IMG/VR virus record: IMGVR_UViG_3300033067_000274
Location: 1 to 30,548 of that record
DNA: 30,548 nt
From: a virus
Lineage: Duplodnaviria > Caudoviricetes
Reading direction: 5' to 3' (one strand)
A program made the position numbers and the translations under genes. Under the pieces are notes generated by a model that was not told where the DNA came from, made no database searches, and saw only the letters and a list, made by a program, of their open reading frames with translations. This document shows, piece after piece, positions 8,363-17,330 of the stretch; the stretch's first letter is position 1; every line of letters starts with the position of its first letter.

Positions 8363-10804
8363 TTGCGAGCCGATGGCGCCGCCGTAGCCGCCCCAGGACG
8401 GACCGGGAAGGGCCGGCAGCGTTGCGCCTTGCAGACCGCCAGTGGCTCGTGTCGCCTGCGTCGAGCCGTAGGCACCCATGACAGGCCGTGCCAACGTGCC
8501 GGCGACGGTGCGCCCAGCCACGCTATTCCAGCCGATCATGTTCAGCACGCCGTTGAAGGCATCCTTCGCGAGCGCACCAACGCCAACCGCGGACCATGAC
8601 GTGTTCGGGTTCTTCTTGGCGACATCCTGCGTGGCGAGCGCCAAGCGTTTCATGGCTGCGACCTCCCGCGGCGAATAGAGCTCCCGCGTCAGGCTCGCAT
8701 GATCGCCCAGCATGGTCTTGATGGCGGACGATAGCGCCCCCGGCGTCTTCACTTCCGCGCCACGATCGGTGGTCATCTTGATCCAGTAGGCCAACCGCAC
8801 GTCATCCCAGGCGCTCTTGGCGGCCTCCTTCTCGAAATACGTGTCGTAGGCCTGCTTGAGATTGCGCAGGGCGGAGGGCGTGCCGTTTTTCACCTGGGAT
8901 GTTGGGCCGGTGAACAGCGCGTTGACCACGGCTTCCGGGCTGTCAGCATTCTTCATGATGCCGCGCAATATGCCGGCGCCGGACGATCCTTTCTCGCCGT
9001 CGAAGATCTCGTGAAGCTGCCGCGTCGTCTCCCGCGCGACGCGGGCCTTAGCTGCCGCCATGATATCGCCGGCCTGCTCGGCCGCCGTGACCTCCCAGGA
9101 CAGAAAGCCGTCATAGACCGCGCCTGCTGCTCGCTTGTCCTCCGGCGTCTGTGCCGACTGCCGCATCGCAAGCAGGCGCTTGCGCATGGTGGTGATGTCA
9201 TTGGCCGGGCTGTCGGGCAGGATCTTAGCGGCCTTGGCCGGTGCCTCGCCAGCCTTGAAACTGTCCAGCGCCTTGGCCATGTTCGCGGCCATCGGCGTGA
9301 CCTGCTCGTCAACCATGACGCCACCCTTCGATGCGAAGGCATTGGCGATTGCGCTGTCCATCTGCGCGAGCGTTTCCGGTGTCGCCGTTCTTTTGGGGAC
9401 ACTCTCCCAGGCCGCGCGCTCCTGGGATTTGGCCGTCGCGTAGGCGCGGCTATTGTTCCCCGCGATGTTCTCGCCCATGTCGGCCTTGGTGGCGCCACGA
9501 GAGAGCATGAGGGCCCGATCGGGGGCGATCTGTTGCGGAATGGTTGGCTGGGCCCGGTTGCTCGTCGATCCTGCTACAGCGCGCTCGATATCGGCACGCT
9601 GGAGCTTGTCGAAGTTCTCGACCGCCTCCCGGGCCGGGGTGCCGTAGACGCCGCCGCGCATCTGTTGCTCGCGCAACAGCTGTTCCCGGTTCTGGGTCAG
9701 CTCACCCATCGACCTGCGAATCCCAGCCTCGCTCGAAGCCGCCTGCTTGAATGCAGCCTCTGCATTGCCGGTCTTGGCGAACGCCTTCGCGAAGTCCTGT
9801 GCGACCTGCTGCGGAAGCGTAGCCGGATCAACGCCGGTGGCGCGAAGCGCGGCCTCGCCTTCCGGCGTCAGCGTTCCAGTTGCGGAATTGTACAGGGCGC
9901 GCTCGCCGGACTTGCGCATGAGGGCGTTGACGCCGGCACCGAGTAGCTCAGCTCCGGCACCACCAGCAGCAGCCACGCCGGCCTTCACCGTGGAATGCAT
10001 TGGGTCGAAATCGGACACTCCTGTGCCGACGGCTGCCGCGTCCTGCACCACGGAAGCGCCAGCCTGTGCGACAGCCTGCCCGCCGACACGGCCCAACAAG
10101 GGAGCGCCTTTCAGCGCCGCGCCAGCCACGCCGCCGGCCGCCATGAAGGGGAGACCGCCAACCGCACCGCGCACAACGTCTTCCGTGTCCAGTCCCGGCC
10201 GGTTGACATAGGCCTTCTTCTCCTGGCCGGCGTTGTCACGGAAAACGATGACGGGATAGCCGTTCGCATCGGTTTCGTGGCGCACGAAGTTCCGGCCGAG
10301 CTGTTCCTGGTACATCTTCGACAGGTCTTTGTCGGAGGCTCCGAGCGCGTAGCGCGAAAGGTTGTCGGCCTCGTTCGTCCCGCGGATGCCTTGCAGCTTG
10401 TCGATCTCCCGCAGCATGGGCGGCAGGCCGTCATAGCGAGGATCGCGCTTGCCGCGGATGTCCTGCCAGCGCCGGCCGAGCCATGATGGTGCGTCCGGCT
10501 CGGCGTAGTTCTGAGGCTGCGGCGCTGCAGAAGTTTGTGCGGGTGATTGAGGCGCTGCTGGACGTGCGGGCCCCCGCATGATGTCCAGGGCGTCCGGTAA
10601 TTCATCTGTTGTTTGTGGCGGTAGCGCTGGCGCAACTTGCGGAGCAGTCTGCGACGGCTCCGCTTGGGGTGAAGCAGGGCGTTGTGGACGCGGTGATGTC
10701 CGTCCGCTTCCATACCGCAATGGATCCTGATTGATCGGTGGCGGCTGGCGCTGCTGAACCTGGATCAGATCAAGCGCATCAGGCAGGTCATCGAGTTCGC
10801 CCAT
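8351..10804 (-). CDS. Large DNA ejection/internal virion protein (positional analogue of P22 gp16)
   Basis: 817 aa, Ala/Gly-rich helical with hydrophobic Gly-Ala segments; third of three genes after the gp10-like gene. Confidence 0.7.
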   Translation of the reverse strand: MGELDDLPDALDLIQVQQRQPPPINQDPLRYGSGRTSPRPQRPASPQAEPSQTAPQVAPALPPQTTDELPDALDIMRGPARPAAPQSPAQTSAAPQPQNYAEPDAPSWLGRRWQDIRGKRDPRYDGLPPMLREIDKLQGIRGTNEADNLSRYALGASDKDLSKMYQEQLGRNFVRHETDANGYPVIVFRDNAGQEKKAYVNRPGLDTEDVVRGAVGGLPFMAAGGVAGAALKGAPLLGRVGGQAVAQAGASVVQDAAAVGTGVSDFDPMHSTVKAGVAAAGGAGAELLGAGVNALMRKSGERALYNSATGTLTPEGEAALRATGVDPATLPQQVAQDFAKAFAKTGNAEAAFKQAASSEAGIRRSMGELTQNREQLLREQQMRGGVYGTPAREAVENFDKLQRADIERAVAGSTSNRAQPTIPQQIAPDRALMLSRGATKADMGENIAGNNSRAYATAKSQERAAWESVPKRTATPETLAQMDSAIANAFASKGGVMVDEQVTPMAANMAKALDSFKAGEAPAKAAKILPDSPANDITTMRKRLLAMRQSAQTPEDKRAAGAVYDGFLSWEVTAAEQAGDIMAAAKARVARETTRQLHEIFDGEKGSSGAGILRGIMKNADSPEAVVNALFTGPTSQVKNGTPSALRNLKQAYDTYFEKEAAKSAWDDVRLAYWIKMTTDRGAEVKTPGALSSAIKTMLGDHASLTRELYSPREVAAMKRLALATQDVAKKNPNTSWSAVGVGALAKDAFNGVLNMIGWNSVAGRTVAGTLARPVMGAYGSTQATRATGGLQGATLPALPGPSWGGYGGAIGSQSQQ

Positions 10805-12333
10805 TAGATGCCGAACTCCTGCTTGAGTTGCTGTCCGACGAACGGCAGCAACTGATCGCGGCTTGCGTTTGGTGAGCGCTGCTTGAGGTCCTGATAGATC
10901 TGGTTGCGTCGCTCGTTCATCATGTCGTTCATCTTGTTGAGCGGCATGATGTTCTCGACTCCAGCCATCTTATTCCTGGCAAGCTGGTCAAGCAGTTGCG
11001 GATTGTTCTTTTTCAGCCAGGCCTGTCGAGCAACCACAAGCCGCGACTGCTTGACGACGTCGTCCATTTTGGCCTTGAACGTGATGGGGTCGTCACCATC
11101 AAAGATCCCAGTACCTGCGTTCGGAACCTGGGAGAGGATGCGCGATGCCTCTGGGATGCTCATCGCAGCGCCAGTGATTTCCTTGATGGTCGTATTCACG
11201 TTCTCAGATGCGCGGCGGCGGTATGTCGAGAATTCGGCGAGCTGCGCCGCGGTCTTCGGGTCAATCCGGCTGGGATCAATCTTTGCCATCCACCCGGCAC
11301 CAGCCATTCCCATCCGTGTGCCGATCGTCTGAAATTCTGGTTTGAATGAATCGGCGATGCCTTCCATCCGAGTAAGAACGTTGAGCCCATTGACGATCTT
11401 TTCGTCAATGTCGTTGGTCGCCGTCTTGCCCAGCTCGGAGCGTTCCCGGTCCGTGTCCTTCATCAACTGCTCGCCAAGCGCCTTCGTGCGCGGGTCAAGC
11501 ATCAGTGCTTCGCCAATCCGACGCTTCTGTTCCGGAGTCTTTCCATCGAACATGCTACCGACCGGCGGCGGTAGCGATGCTGGCGGCTGAGCGTTGGGGG
11601 CTTGCACGCGGATCAGGTTCGGATCGCTTTGTGGCCCATCAGCAAATGACTGCGGTTGCAACAAGGGTGCGCTAGACTGTTGCTGCGGCGCTGTTGGTTT
11701 CAACGCATCCCGAACCACTCCACCGATGATGCCGGTCAGCTCGTCCTTCGGCGCGTACTGTCCCGAGATGACAAACGCTTTCCCTTCCGGCGTGTTCACG
11801 TCGATGCCGAAGCGCCCAGCGTTCTGCATGCGCCATTCGGGCGTCTGGCGGCTGATCTGTTGTAGTTGCGCGTTCGAAGCGGCCGTACTGGCCTGGCTCG
11901 ACGCGATCTGCGCATCGATCTGGCGTTTCTTGTCCGCGTCGTAGACGCCTGCCTCCGTGGCGATGAACTGAGGCCCGCTGTTGAAGTCGTTCAGATCGAC
12001 GCCGCGGGCTTTCGCATGCGAGGCGAGATCCGGGTTTGACTGAATCCATTGCGTCCATGCGGCCTGCCGCTGTGGGCCTTGCAGGCCATGGATGGCGTTG
12101 GCTTCACGGCCCCAGCGGGTGATCTTGGCGTCGTCGTCCTCGCGCGCGGCCTTTGTGCGCGCCATCCCCAGCCGTTCCCGCTGCATGCCGAGCTGCTCGT
12201 CGGCGCGACGGTTCTCTTCATAGACCTGCGTTTGCTTGTTGTAGCGGTCGATACCCTGCTGCACAGGCTGGAAGAACGCGTTGATGTTCGGCGTCTCGAA
12301 GTCCCAGGGCTTGGCCAGATAGTTCGTCGCCAT
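10804..12333 (-). CDS. DNA ejection/internal virion protein (positional analogue of P22 gp20)
   Basis: Gln/Ala-rich helical; C-terminal TGAAMSIPEASRI..QVP..G..D...FKAK pattern seen in ejection proteins; start taken at MATNYL just after the upstream stop. Confidence 0.7.
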   Translation of the reverse strand: MATNYLAKPWDFETPNINAFFQPVQQGIDRYNKQTQVYEENRRADEQLGMQRERLGMARTKAAREDDDAKITRWGREANAIHGLQGPQRQAAWTQWIQSNPDLASHAKARGVDLNDFNSGPQFIATEAGVYDADKKRQIDAQIASSQASTAASNAQLQQISRQTPEWRMQNAGRFGIDVNTPEGKAFVISGQYAPKDELTGIIGGVVRDALKPTAPQQQSSAPLLQPQSFADGPQSDPNLIRVQAPNAQPPASLPPPVGSMFDGKTPEQKRRIGEALMLDPRTKALGEQLMKDTDRERSELGKTATNDIDEKIVNGLNVLTRMEGIADSFKPEFQTIGTRMGMAGAGWMAKIDPSRIDPKTAAQLAEFSTYRRRASENVNTTIKEITGAAMSIPEASRILSQVPNAGTGIFDGDDPITFKAKMDDVVKQSRLVVARQAWLKKNNPQLLDQLARNKMAGVENIMPLNKMNDMMNERRNQIYQDLKQRSPNASRDQLLPFVGQQLKQEFGI

Positions 12334-12335
12334 GG

Positions 12336-13046
12336 TCAGGCCCACGCTTTGCCGGAGAGGTAGTTATTGACGTTGCCCCACGTCGACGTTCCGCCCTTTC
12401 CAGGTGCAAAGCCCTGGAACGCCATGCCTGCAATGTTGCCAATTCCGCTCAGCAGGTTGGTGATGCCGGACATCTTGGCGTTGCTCGCCGCCATCGTCGC
12501 ATTCGCATCGGTTTGATTGAGCGCACCGGCGCGACCGACCTCACGATCCGCCATGCCGCCGTAATAGTTCTGATCGAGCCCGGCCATGTTGCCGGCTATC
12601 CCGACCGCCTGATTGCCGAAGCCGGTCAGACCCGATCGCCAATCCGCAACCCTGCGGTCCTGCGCTTCCAGTCCCGCCCGGCTCATCGCCAGTTGCGTCG
12701 CCCCACTGTTGCCCATCCCGCGCGAAGCGGCGGTGTTCATGATGTTGCCAAGCAGGTTCTGCGTGATCTGCCCGGACTGCGCATTGAACGGATCGGACGA
12801 ATACGACGCATAGGCCTTGTCCCGCGCTGCGTCGCCATTCAGGCCATAGCTGTCGGCGAGCAGATTGTAGCCCGACTGTGCCTGGCCATAGAGCGGCTGA
12901 TACCGCCCCATCGACGTGTCATAACCAGTTTTCGCGTACTGGTTGGCGGTGTCGTAGCCCTGGTTGGTGCGCTGCATCGAGCGCTGGCCCAACTGCTCTG
13001 CCGCTTTCGCGCTGTCCTTGCCCAGCAGACTCGAGAAGAAGCCCAT
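12336..13046 (-). CDS. DNA ejection/pilot protein (P22 gp7-like)
   Basis: MGFFSSLLG start, YQPLYGQ, AASRGMGNSGATQLAM motifs typical of gp7-like DNA transfer proteins; start moved to 13046. Confidence 0.75.
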   Translation of the reverse strand: MGFFSSLLGKDSAKAAEQLGQRSMQRTNQGYDTANQYAKTGYDTSMGRYQPLYGQAQSGYNLLADSYGLNGDAARDKAYASYSSDPFNAQSGQITQNLLGNIMNTAASRGMGNSGATQLAMSRAGLEAQDRRVADWRSGLTGFGNQAVGIAGNMAGLDQNYYGGMADREVGRAGALNQTDANATMAASNAKMSGITNLLSGIGNIAGMAFQGFAPGKGGTSTWGNVNNYLSGKAWA

Positions 13047-13048
13047 CG

Positions 13049-13165
13049 CTATAGCCCTCTGATGACGCGGACGAGCTCGGTGATCCACCGAACCCATTCC
13101 GGCGTCAGCTTGCCGTCAGAACCCAGAACAGGATGATTGATCGGTGGCGGCGTGAGATCCGCCAT
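13049..13165 (-). CDS. 38-aa small virion-associated protein
   Basis: MADLTPPPINHPVLGSDGKLTPEWVRWITELVRVIRGL; TGATG coupling to the upstream gene, stop 2 nt before the next ATG; P...G.LT.EW.RW pattern occurs in genes following gp10-like genes. Not in the ORF track. Confidence 0.75.
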   Translation of the reverse strand: MADLTPPPINHPVLGSDGKLTPEWVRWITELVRVIRGL

Positions 13166-14562
13166 CAGGTTCCGCCCATATGCGAGACGTTGAGCTTGCC
13201 GCCATAGACTGCACGCCGGCCGCCGGCGCTCATCCGCAGCCGATAGGACCGGTTGAACGACGATCCGAGCCGGTCGAAGCGGATCTGTGTATGGGTCTGC
13301 GCGTAGTTGCCCAGCGAGCGCAGCATCTCATGGCCGAAAGGCTCGCCGTTGTCCGACCATGCCAATTCGACATGGCGGTCAACCTGATCAATCGGAATCG
13401 TGCCAGGCACGATGTCGAGCCGGATGCCGTAATGCGCGATCCTGTTTGCAACATCACCGATCGAGACCGAGTACACGTCCATGACGTGAGGGTCGCCATC
13501 CTCGGTGTGCACGTCATGATCGAGGCGAAACAGCTTGCCCTCGGCATAGTGTCCCGCGATCAGGGTGCCGCCGAGGTCCATCACCTTGGAACAGCGCCAG
13601 CGGGTCAAGCCGTAGCTGGCGAGTTCGTGCCACTGCTTCGTTGTGGCATTGTAGACCCAGGTCCAGGCGGTCCCCGAGAAGGCATAGAAGGTGTAGCCCC
13701 GGGACGACCAGCGCGTGACCGAGATCCCGAACGGATTTGGATCGGTCGCAATCAGGCGGTTGAGCGCCGGAGGGCTGATGGTGACGGCGGAGTATCCATC
13801 AAGGGCTTTGATCGTCTTGTCGGAGGCGCAGAACACGCCATCGATCGCGCTGCCGGGGGCCAGAACTCCGATCGTCTGCTGCGTTGCTGGCTCGATCACC
13901 ATTGTGGTCGGTGCGAACGGAAACGTGCCGCCCTCGGCGGAAGGATTGATCTGCCACACCTGAATGGAGCGAAAACCGCCGGCAATCAGGTCGTTTCCCC
14001 TGCTCCAGACACACACGCCACCATCCGGCAGCGTCTCGTTCTCGGCATAGGAGAGACCGCCGACCTGGAAATCGTTCAGATCGGAAGCGAACATGCGCCC
14101 GTCGGCGATCATGAAAACGAAATAGCCGCCGAGACTGCACACATCGACGGGCGGCGCGAGATCCGGATCGGACAATTGCGAAAATGACCCACCCGTATAG
14201 GCGAAATAAAGCCCGTCGCAGACCACCGCGACTTCGCCGTCCGAGTTCTGCGCGACACCGACATGACCATCCGACGGCACACCGCCAAGGATCGTGCTCG
14301 TCCCCGTGGTATCGACACGCGCCGCGATACGCCCAGCCACGACAAACCCTGACGCCTCGGTGACAGGTGTCATCGCCCGAATGCCATCACCTCCCGCAAT
14401 GGTCGATAATGACGCTAGCCCGTCCGCCGCCTGAATGATGTACTCCGATCGTCCACGCTCAATCGGCGCCGCGAATCCGTTCACGAGCCGTGCATTGCCG
14501 GCCCATGTATCCTCAGCAGGAGATGATCCGAGCGGCAGCGTCAGATCGACGGTTACCCCCAT
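13165..14562 (-). CDS. Tail hub / packaged DNA stabilization protein (P22 gp10-like)
   Basis: 465 aa beta-rich; LGGYFVF, TWVYNATTKQWHE, LAWSDNG..FG.E..RSLG.......RFDRLG motifs. Confidence 0.85.
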   Translation of the reverse strand: MGVTVDLTLPLGSSPAEDTWAGNARLVNGFAAPIERGRSEYIIQAADGLASLSTIAGGDGIRAMTPVTEASGFVVAGRIAARVDTTGTSTILGGVPSDGHVGVAQNSDGEVAVVCDGLYFAYTGGSFSQLSDPDLAPPVDVCSLGGYFVFMIADGRMFASDLNDFQVGGLSYAENETLPDGGVCVWSRGNDLIAGGFRSIQVWQINPSAEGGTFPFAPTTMVIEPATQQTIGVLAPGSAIDGVFCASDKTIKALDGYSAVTISPPALNRLIATDPNPFGISVTRWSSRGYTFYAFSGTAWTWVYNATTKQWHELASYGLTRWRCSKVMDLGGTLIAGHYAEGKLFRLDHDVHTEDGDPHVMDVYSVSIGDVANRIAHYGIRLDIVPGTIPIDQVDRHVELAWSDNGEPFGHEMLRSLGNYAQTHTQIRFDRLGSSFNRSYRLRMSAGGRRAVYGGKLNVSHMGGT

Positions 14563-15239
14563 CGGCCGCGCTCCGGCTCGAAGCGCACGAACTCCTCACG
14601 ATCCGTATCCTTCGCCAGCGCCATCAGTTCACCGGCACGCCGCAGTACAAGTGCCGACGTTCTTTCATCGGCTGGAAATCGCTCGAGCAAGCGCTCGGCA
14701 AGATTGTAGCCGACGGTCTCGAACCACTCCTGCGGGATGTCGATGTCGTTCGACTGTGCGTCAATGTCCTCGATCGCGCGCTGGAACGTCGTCTGCACCG
14801 TCTCTGTCGTCACCGCCGCAGGCACCGGCCACACATAGAGCGTAGCCGCGGTGCGCTGATAATCGACGTAGTATTGCGTCGGTGTGCCGAGTGCCGACTT
14901 CTGCGGCATATCGACGTATTCCTGTCGGGTCAGCGGAAGCATGGGAATGTCACGTCCGTTGGCATCGCGATAGCGCGCCTCGATCACCCGGAACGGCTTC
15001 GGAGACAGGACATAGAATGCGGTATTGGCGACGAGCGTGACTGATCCGAAGGTCTGGCGGAACAGGTTCGGGCCCGTCATCTGCCATGTCTTCAGCATCA
15101 GATTGAGATCGGTGATGGCATCGCGCATGTCCTCCGCCGACGGCGTATCCACCGCGGCGACGACGTTGATCTTGCGCAGGGCCCACGTCGAAAGCGCCTG
15201 GGCCGTCATGCTGAAATCGATGCTGCCGGACGTGCTCAT
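14553..15239 (-). CDS. Head-tail adaptor protein (P22 gp4 / tail tubular A-like)
   Basis: ALRKINVV....TPSAEDMRDA..DLNLMLKTW, GTPTQYY, LYVWPVP, IPQEW.ETVGYNLAERL. Confidence 0.8.
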   Translation of the reverse strand: MSTSGSIDFSMTAQALSTWALRKINVVAAVDTPSAEDMRDAITDLNLMLKTWQMTGPNLFRQTFGSVTLVANTAFYVLSPKPFRVIEARYRDANGRDIPMLPLTRQEYVDMPQKSALGTPTQYYVDYQRTAATLYVWPVPAAVTTETVQTTFQRAIEDIDAQSNDIDIPQEWFETVGYNLAERLLERFPADERTSALVLRRAGELMALAKDTDREEFVRFEPERGRWG

Positions 15240-15493
15240 AGGTCGTCAGCCGTCACTTCGCCCGTGATGAACTGATCAGGCGGTTCAGGACGCGGGTTCG
15301 GAACGGCCTGCCGATCGCGCATTCCCTTCACGAAATCCTGCGGGTGGCGCGGCTCCCAATCCTTCCGGCACACCCGCAGATTGTCCCAGCGCATGCGGGT
15401 TTCTGACGCATACATGCGAAATCCGCATACGTCACAAATGACGAGGAAATCTCCATGACGATACTTGTCGTTGCTTGAAGTCGAGTCCGTCAC
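15236..15493 (-). CDS. Small Cys-containing phage protein (85 aa)
   Basis: ICDVCGFR...RWDNLRVC..DWEPRHPQ...DRQAVPNPRPEP motif; GTG at 15493 with GAGGAG 7 nt upstream. Confidence 0.8.
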   Translation of the reverse strand: MTDSTSSNDKYRHGDFLVICDVCGFRMYASETRMRWDNLRVCRKDWEPRHPQDFVKGMRDRQAVPNPRPEPPDQFITGEVTADDL

Positions 15494-15508
15494 TGGTAGA
15501 CTCCTCGA

Positions 15509-16195
15509 ATGAAACAAGATCTCACTGGACTTCGCTTCGGTCGGTGGACCGTTCTTGCACGCTCTCATGAGCGCAAATACAACGCTCACATCGCCTACAT
15601 TTGCCAATGTGATTGCGGTGTTACGCGTACCGTTTCTGGATCTTGTCTACGGCGTGGTGAATCCACTTCATGTGGATGTCTATTTCGTGAGCGCGCAGCG
15701 CTTTCCCAAAAGACCCACGGTCTCACTAAGCATCGGCTTGCAGGCATTTGGCGCTCAATGAAGGAGCGCTGCACTAATCCAAATCATGTCGCATACCATC
15801 GCTACGGCGGCAGGGGCATTAGAGTGTGCGATCGATGGCTCGATCTCGCTGCATTCGTTGCCGACAACGACCAATTTGCTCTTCCTGGCCTTAGTTTGGA
15901 TCGCATCGACAATGACGGTCCATACAGTCCAGACAACTGTCGGTGGTCGACGCAGACCGAGCAGGCAAGAAATCGTGCCGGCAACGTCTTCCTTGCTCAC
16001 AATGGTGAGCGGCTCCTTACCCACGAATGGGCTCATCGTCTCGGAGTAACACCGGGAGCTATCACGGCCCGACTGAAAGCGGGCTGGAGCGTAGGTGACG
16101 CAGTTACAACACCTCCAGTCCCAACAAAAGACCGTCGATCGTTCTCGAAGCGACGGAAACCGCTCATCAGAAGTCCTTCACCAGATGCAAGGTGA
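15509..16195 (+). CDS. Free-standing HNH homing endonuclease, inserted antisense in the morphogenesis operon
   Basis: DLTGLRFGRWTVL, CQCDCG, SCGC, THG, MKERCTNP..YGGRGIRVCDRW, SLDRIDNDGPYSPDNCRWST..EQARN; lower GC than flanks. Confidence 0.9.
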   Translation: MKQDLTGLRFGRWTVLARSHERKYNAHIAYICQCDCGVTRTVSGSCLRRGESTSCGCLFRERAALSQKTHGLTKHRLAGIWRSMKERCTNPNHVAYHRYGGRGIRVCDRWLDLAAFVADNDQFALPGLSLDRIDNDGPYSPDNCRWSTQTEQARNRAGNVFLAHNGERLLTHEWAHRLGVTPGAITARLKAGWSVGDAVTTPPVPTKDRRSFSKRRKPLIRSPSPDAR

Positions 16196-16553
16196 TGGAG
16201 TACGTGTCACCTGACGTATGTCCAACGGTGGTGAACTTGATATCGCCGGTCCAGCCTGTCGTCTGTGGGTTCTGCCACCCGCCAGCTTTTTTCATATCGA
16301 GGTGGTCCGACCGATCCGACGGGATCGATGCCAGCAGCACGGGCGTGGTCGCATCCCAGAGGATGTTCACGCTCATGCCAACCGTGGTGTAAACGATCCG
16401 ATCGACGCGAACCTTGGTGGGCGCCCCGGACAGGGCCGATACGTCCACCTTGACGACGGCGCTTTCCCCGGTGCCGTCGCTCACGTTCGTGAATTGCAGC
16501 ACCGCGTTTCGCGGTCCATCGACGAGAGTGCGCGTGGCTACCGCATCTGCCAT
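16167..16553 (-). CDS. Virion structural protein (128 aa)
   Basis: MADAV.T....DG.RNAV..FTNVSDGTGESAVVKVDVSAL...TGDIKFTT.G...GDTYSI.L pattern; in the head operon. Confidence 0.8.
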   Translation of the reverse strand: MADAVATRTLVDGPRNAVLQFTNVSDGTGESAVVKVDVSALSGAPTKVRVDRIVYTTVGMSVNILWDATTPVLLASIPSDRSDHLDMKKAGGWQNPQTTGWTGDIKFTTVGHTSGDTYSITLHLVKDF

Positions 16554-16555
16554 GA

Positions 16556-17254
16556 TCAGCGCTCCAGAGCCGCGAGGATGTAGTCAACTGACAGAACGTT
16601 GGCCGCGCCACTCGTGGCGTTGACCGATGCGAGCGTGACCGCAAGCTCCTCGGTGTCAGGAAGGTTGGTCGCGGCCATGGTTCCGGCCTTTGCCCCATCG
16701 AGCCAGCATTCGATGGCATCCTTACCGTTGTAGTAGAGCGCGGCCGTCACGAACGTTGCGGTGACCACCGAGCCGAGCGCCTGCGTGGTCTCGGCTGAGC
16801 CTTTACAGACAACGGCCGACAGTGTCGCGCCGCCCGACGGCTTGCGAAAGAAAATGCCATCCGAAACGCCGCCCACTGCTGTGGTATCCGTGATGGCGAG
16901 ACCGACGAGGCCGCCGAAGTTGCCCATGGTGCCGGCGGTGAGTGCGAACCGGGCCTTGAGCCAGAATTGCTTTCCAGTCGCGAGCTTGAATGTCTCGTTG
17001 ATCAACTGCAGTTGGTTGACGTCGGTCGTGCCGGTTGCGTTCGTCAGCAGCAGAATGCCGCCATTTGCGCCGGTGTTGACAGCCTGGGTCGCGCCGGATT
17101 GGGTCTCCGTCAGCGTCCAGTCGCCGGAGGTGTAGTTGTGAAAGTCGTTCCAGTACGTGATGAGCCGCGACGGATCATGCGACGGGAACATATAGAGGGG
17201 GTCATTGGGGCGGACGTTGGTTACGCCGCTGGGGTAACGGACGGGAGGTGCCAT
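16556..17254 (-). CDS. Virion structural protein (232 aa), possible head decoration/fibre
   Basis: Beta-rich, Thr/Gly/Ala rich; AAGGA RBS; directly after the major capsid gene. Confidence 0.75.
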   Translation of the reverse strand: MAPPVRYPSGVTNVRPNDPLYMFPSHDPSRLITYWNDFHNYTSGDWTLTETQSGATQAVNTGANGGILLLTNATGTTDVNQLQLINETFKLATGKQFWLKARFALTAGTMGNFGGLVGLAITDTTAVGGVSDGIFFRKPSGGATLSAVVCKGSAETTQALGSVVTATFVTAALYYNGKDAIECWLDGAKAGTMAATNLPDTEELAVTLASVNATSGAANVLSVDYILAALER

Positions 17255-17289
17255 GGGAAATCATCCTTGGAGAGCGTTCAGAGGGAAAT

Positions 17290-17315
17290 GAACGGCCGAC
17301 GCGTGCCGGCCGCTC
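17290..17315 (-). terminator. Stem-loop after the major capsid gene (weak terminator/attenuator or mRNA stabiliser)
   Basis: Minus strand GAGCGGCCGGC-ACGC-GTCGGCCGTTC (11 bp with two G-U) followed by ATTTCCCT, a poor U-tract. Confidence 0.55.
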
Positions 17316-17330
17316 TCTGGGATGGTGCTG

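Noticed and set aside
15494-15607. N-terminal extension of the 15236..15607 ORF
   Set aside because: It is the antisense of the HNH start; a strong SD supports GTG 15493.
15755-16167. Chain of coupled minus-strand ORFs across the HNH (44 aa from 16167, then 93 aa from 16036)
   Set aside because: No protein-like features and the chain does not reach the next gene; probably chance.
15509-16195. HNH as part of a group I intron
   Set aside because: It is antisense to the host operon, both flanking genes look complete, and there is no room for a ribozyme core.
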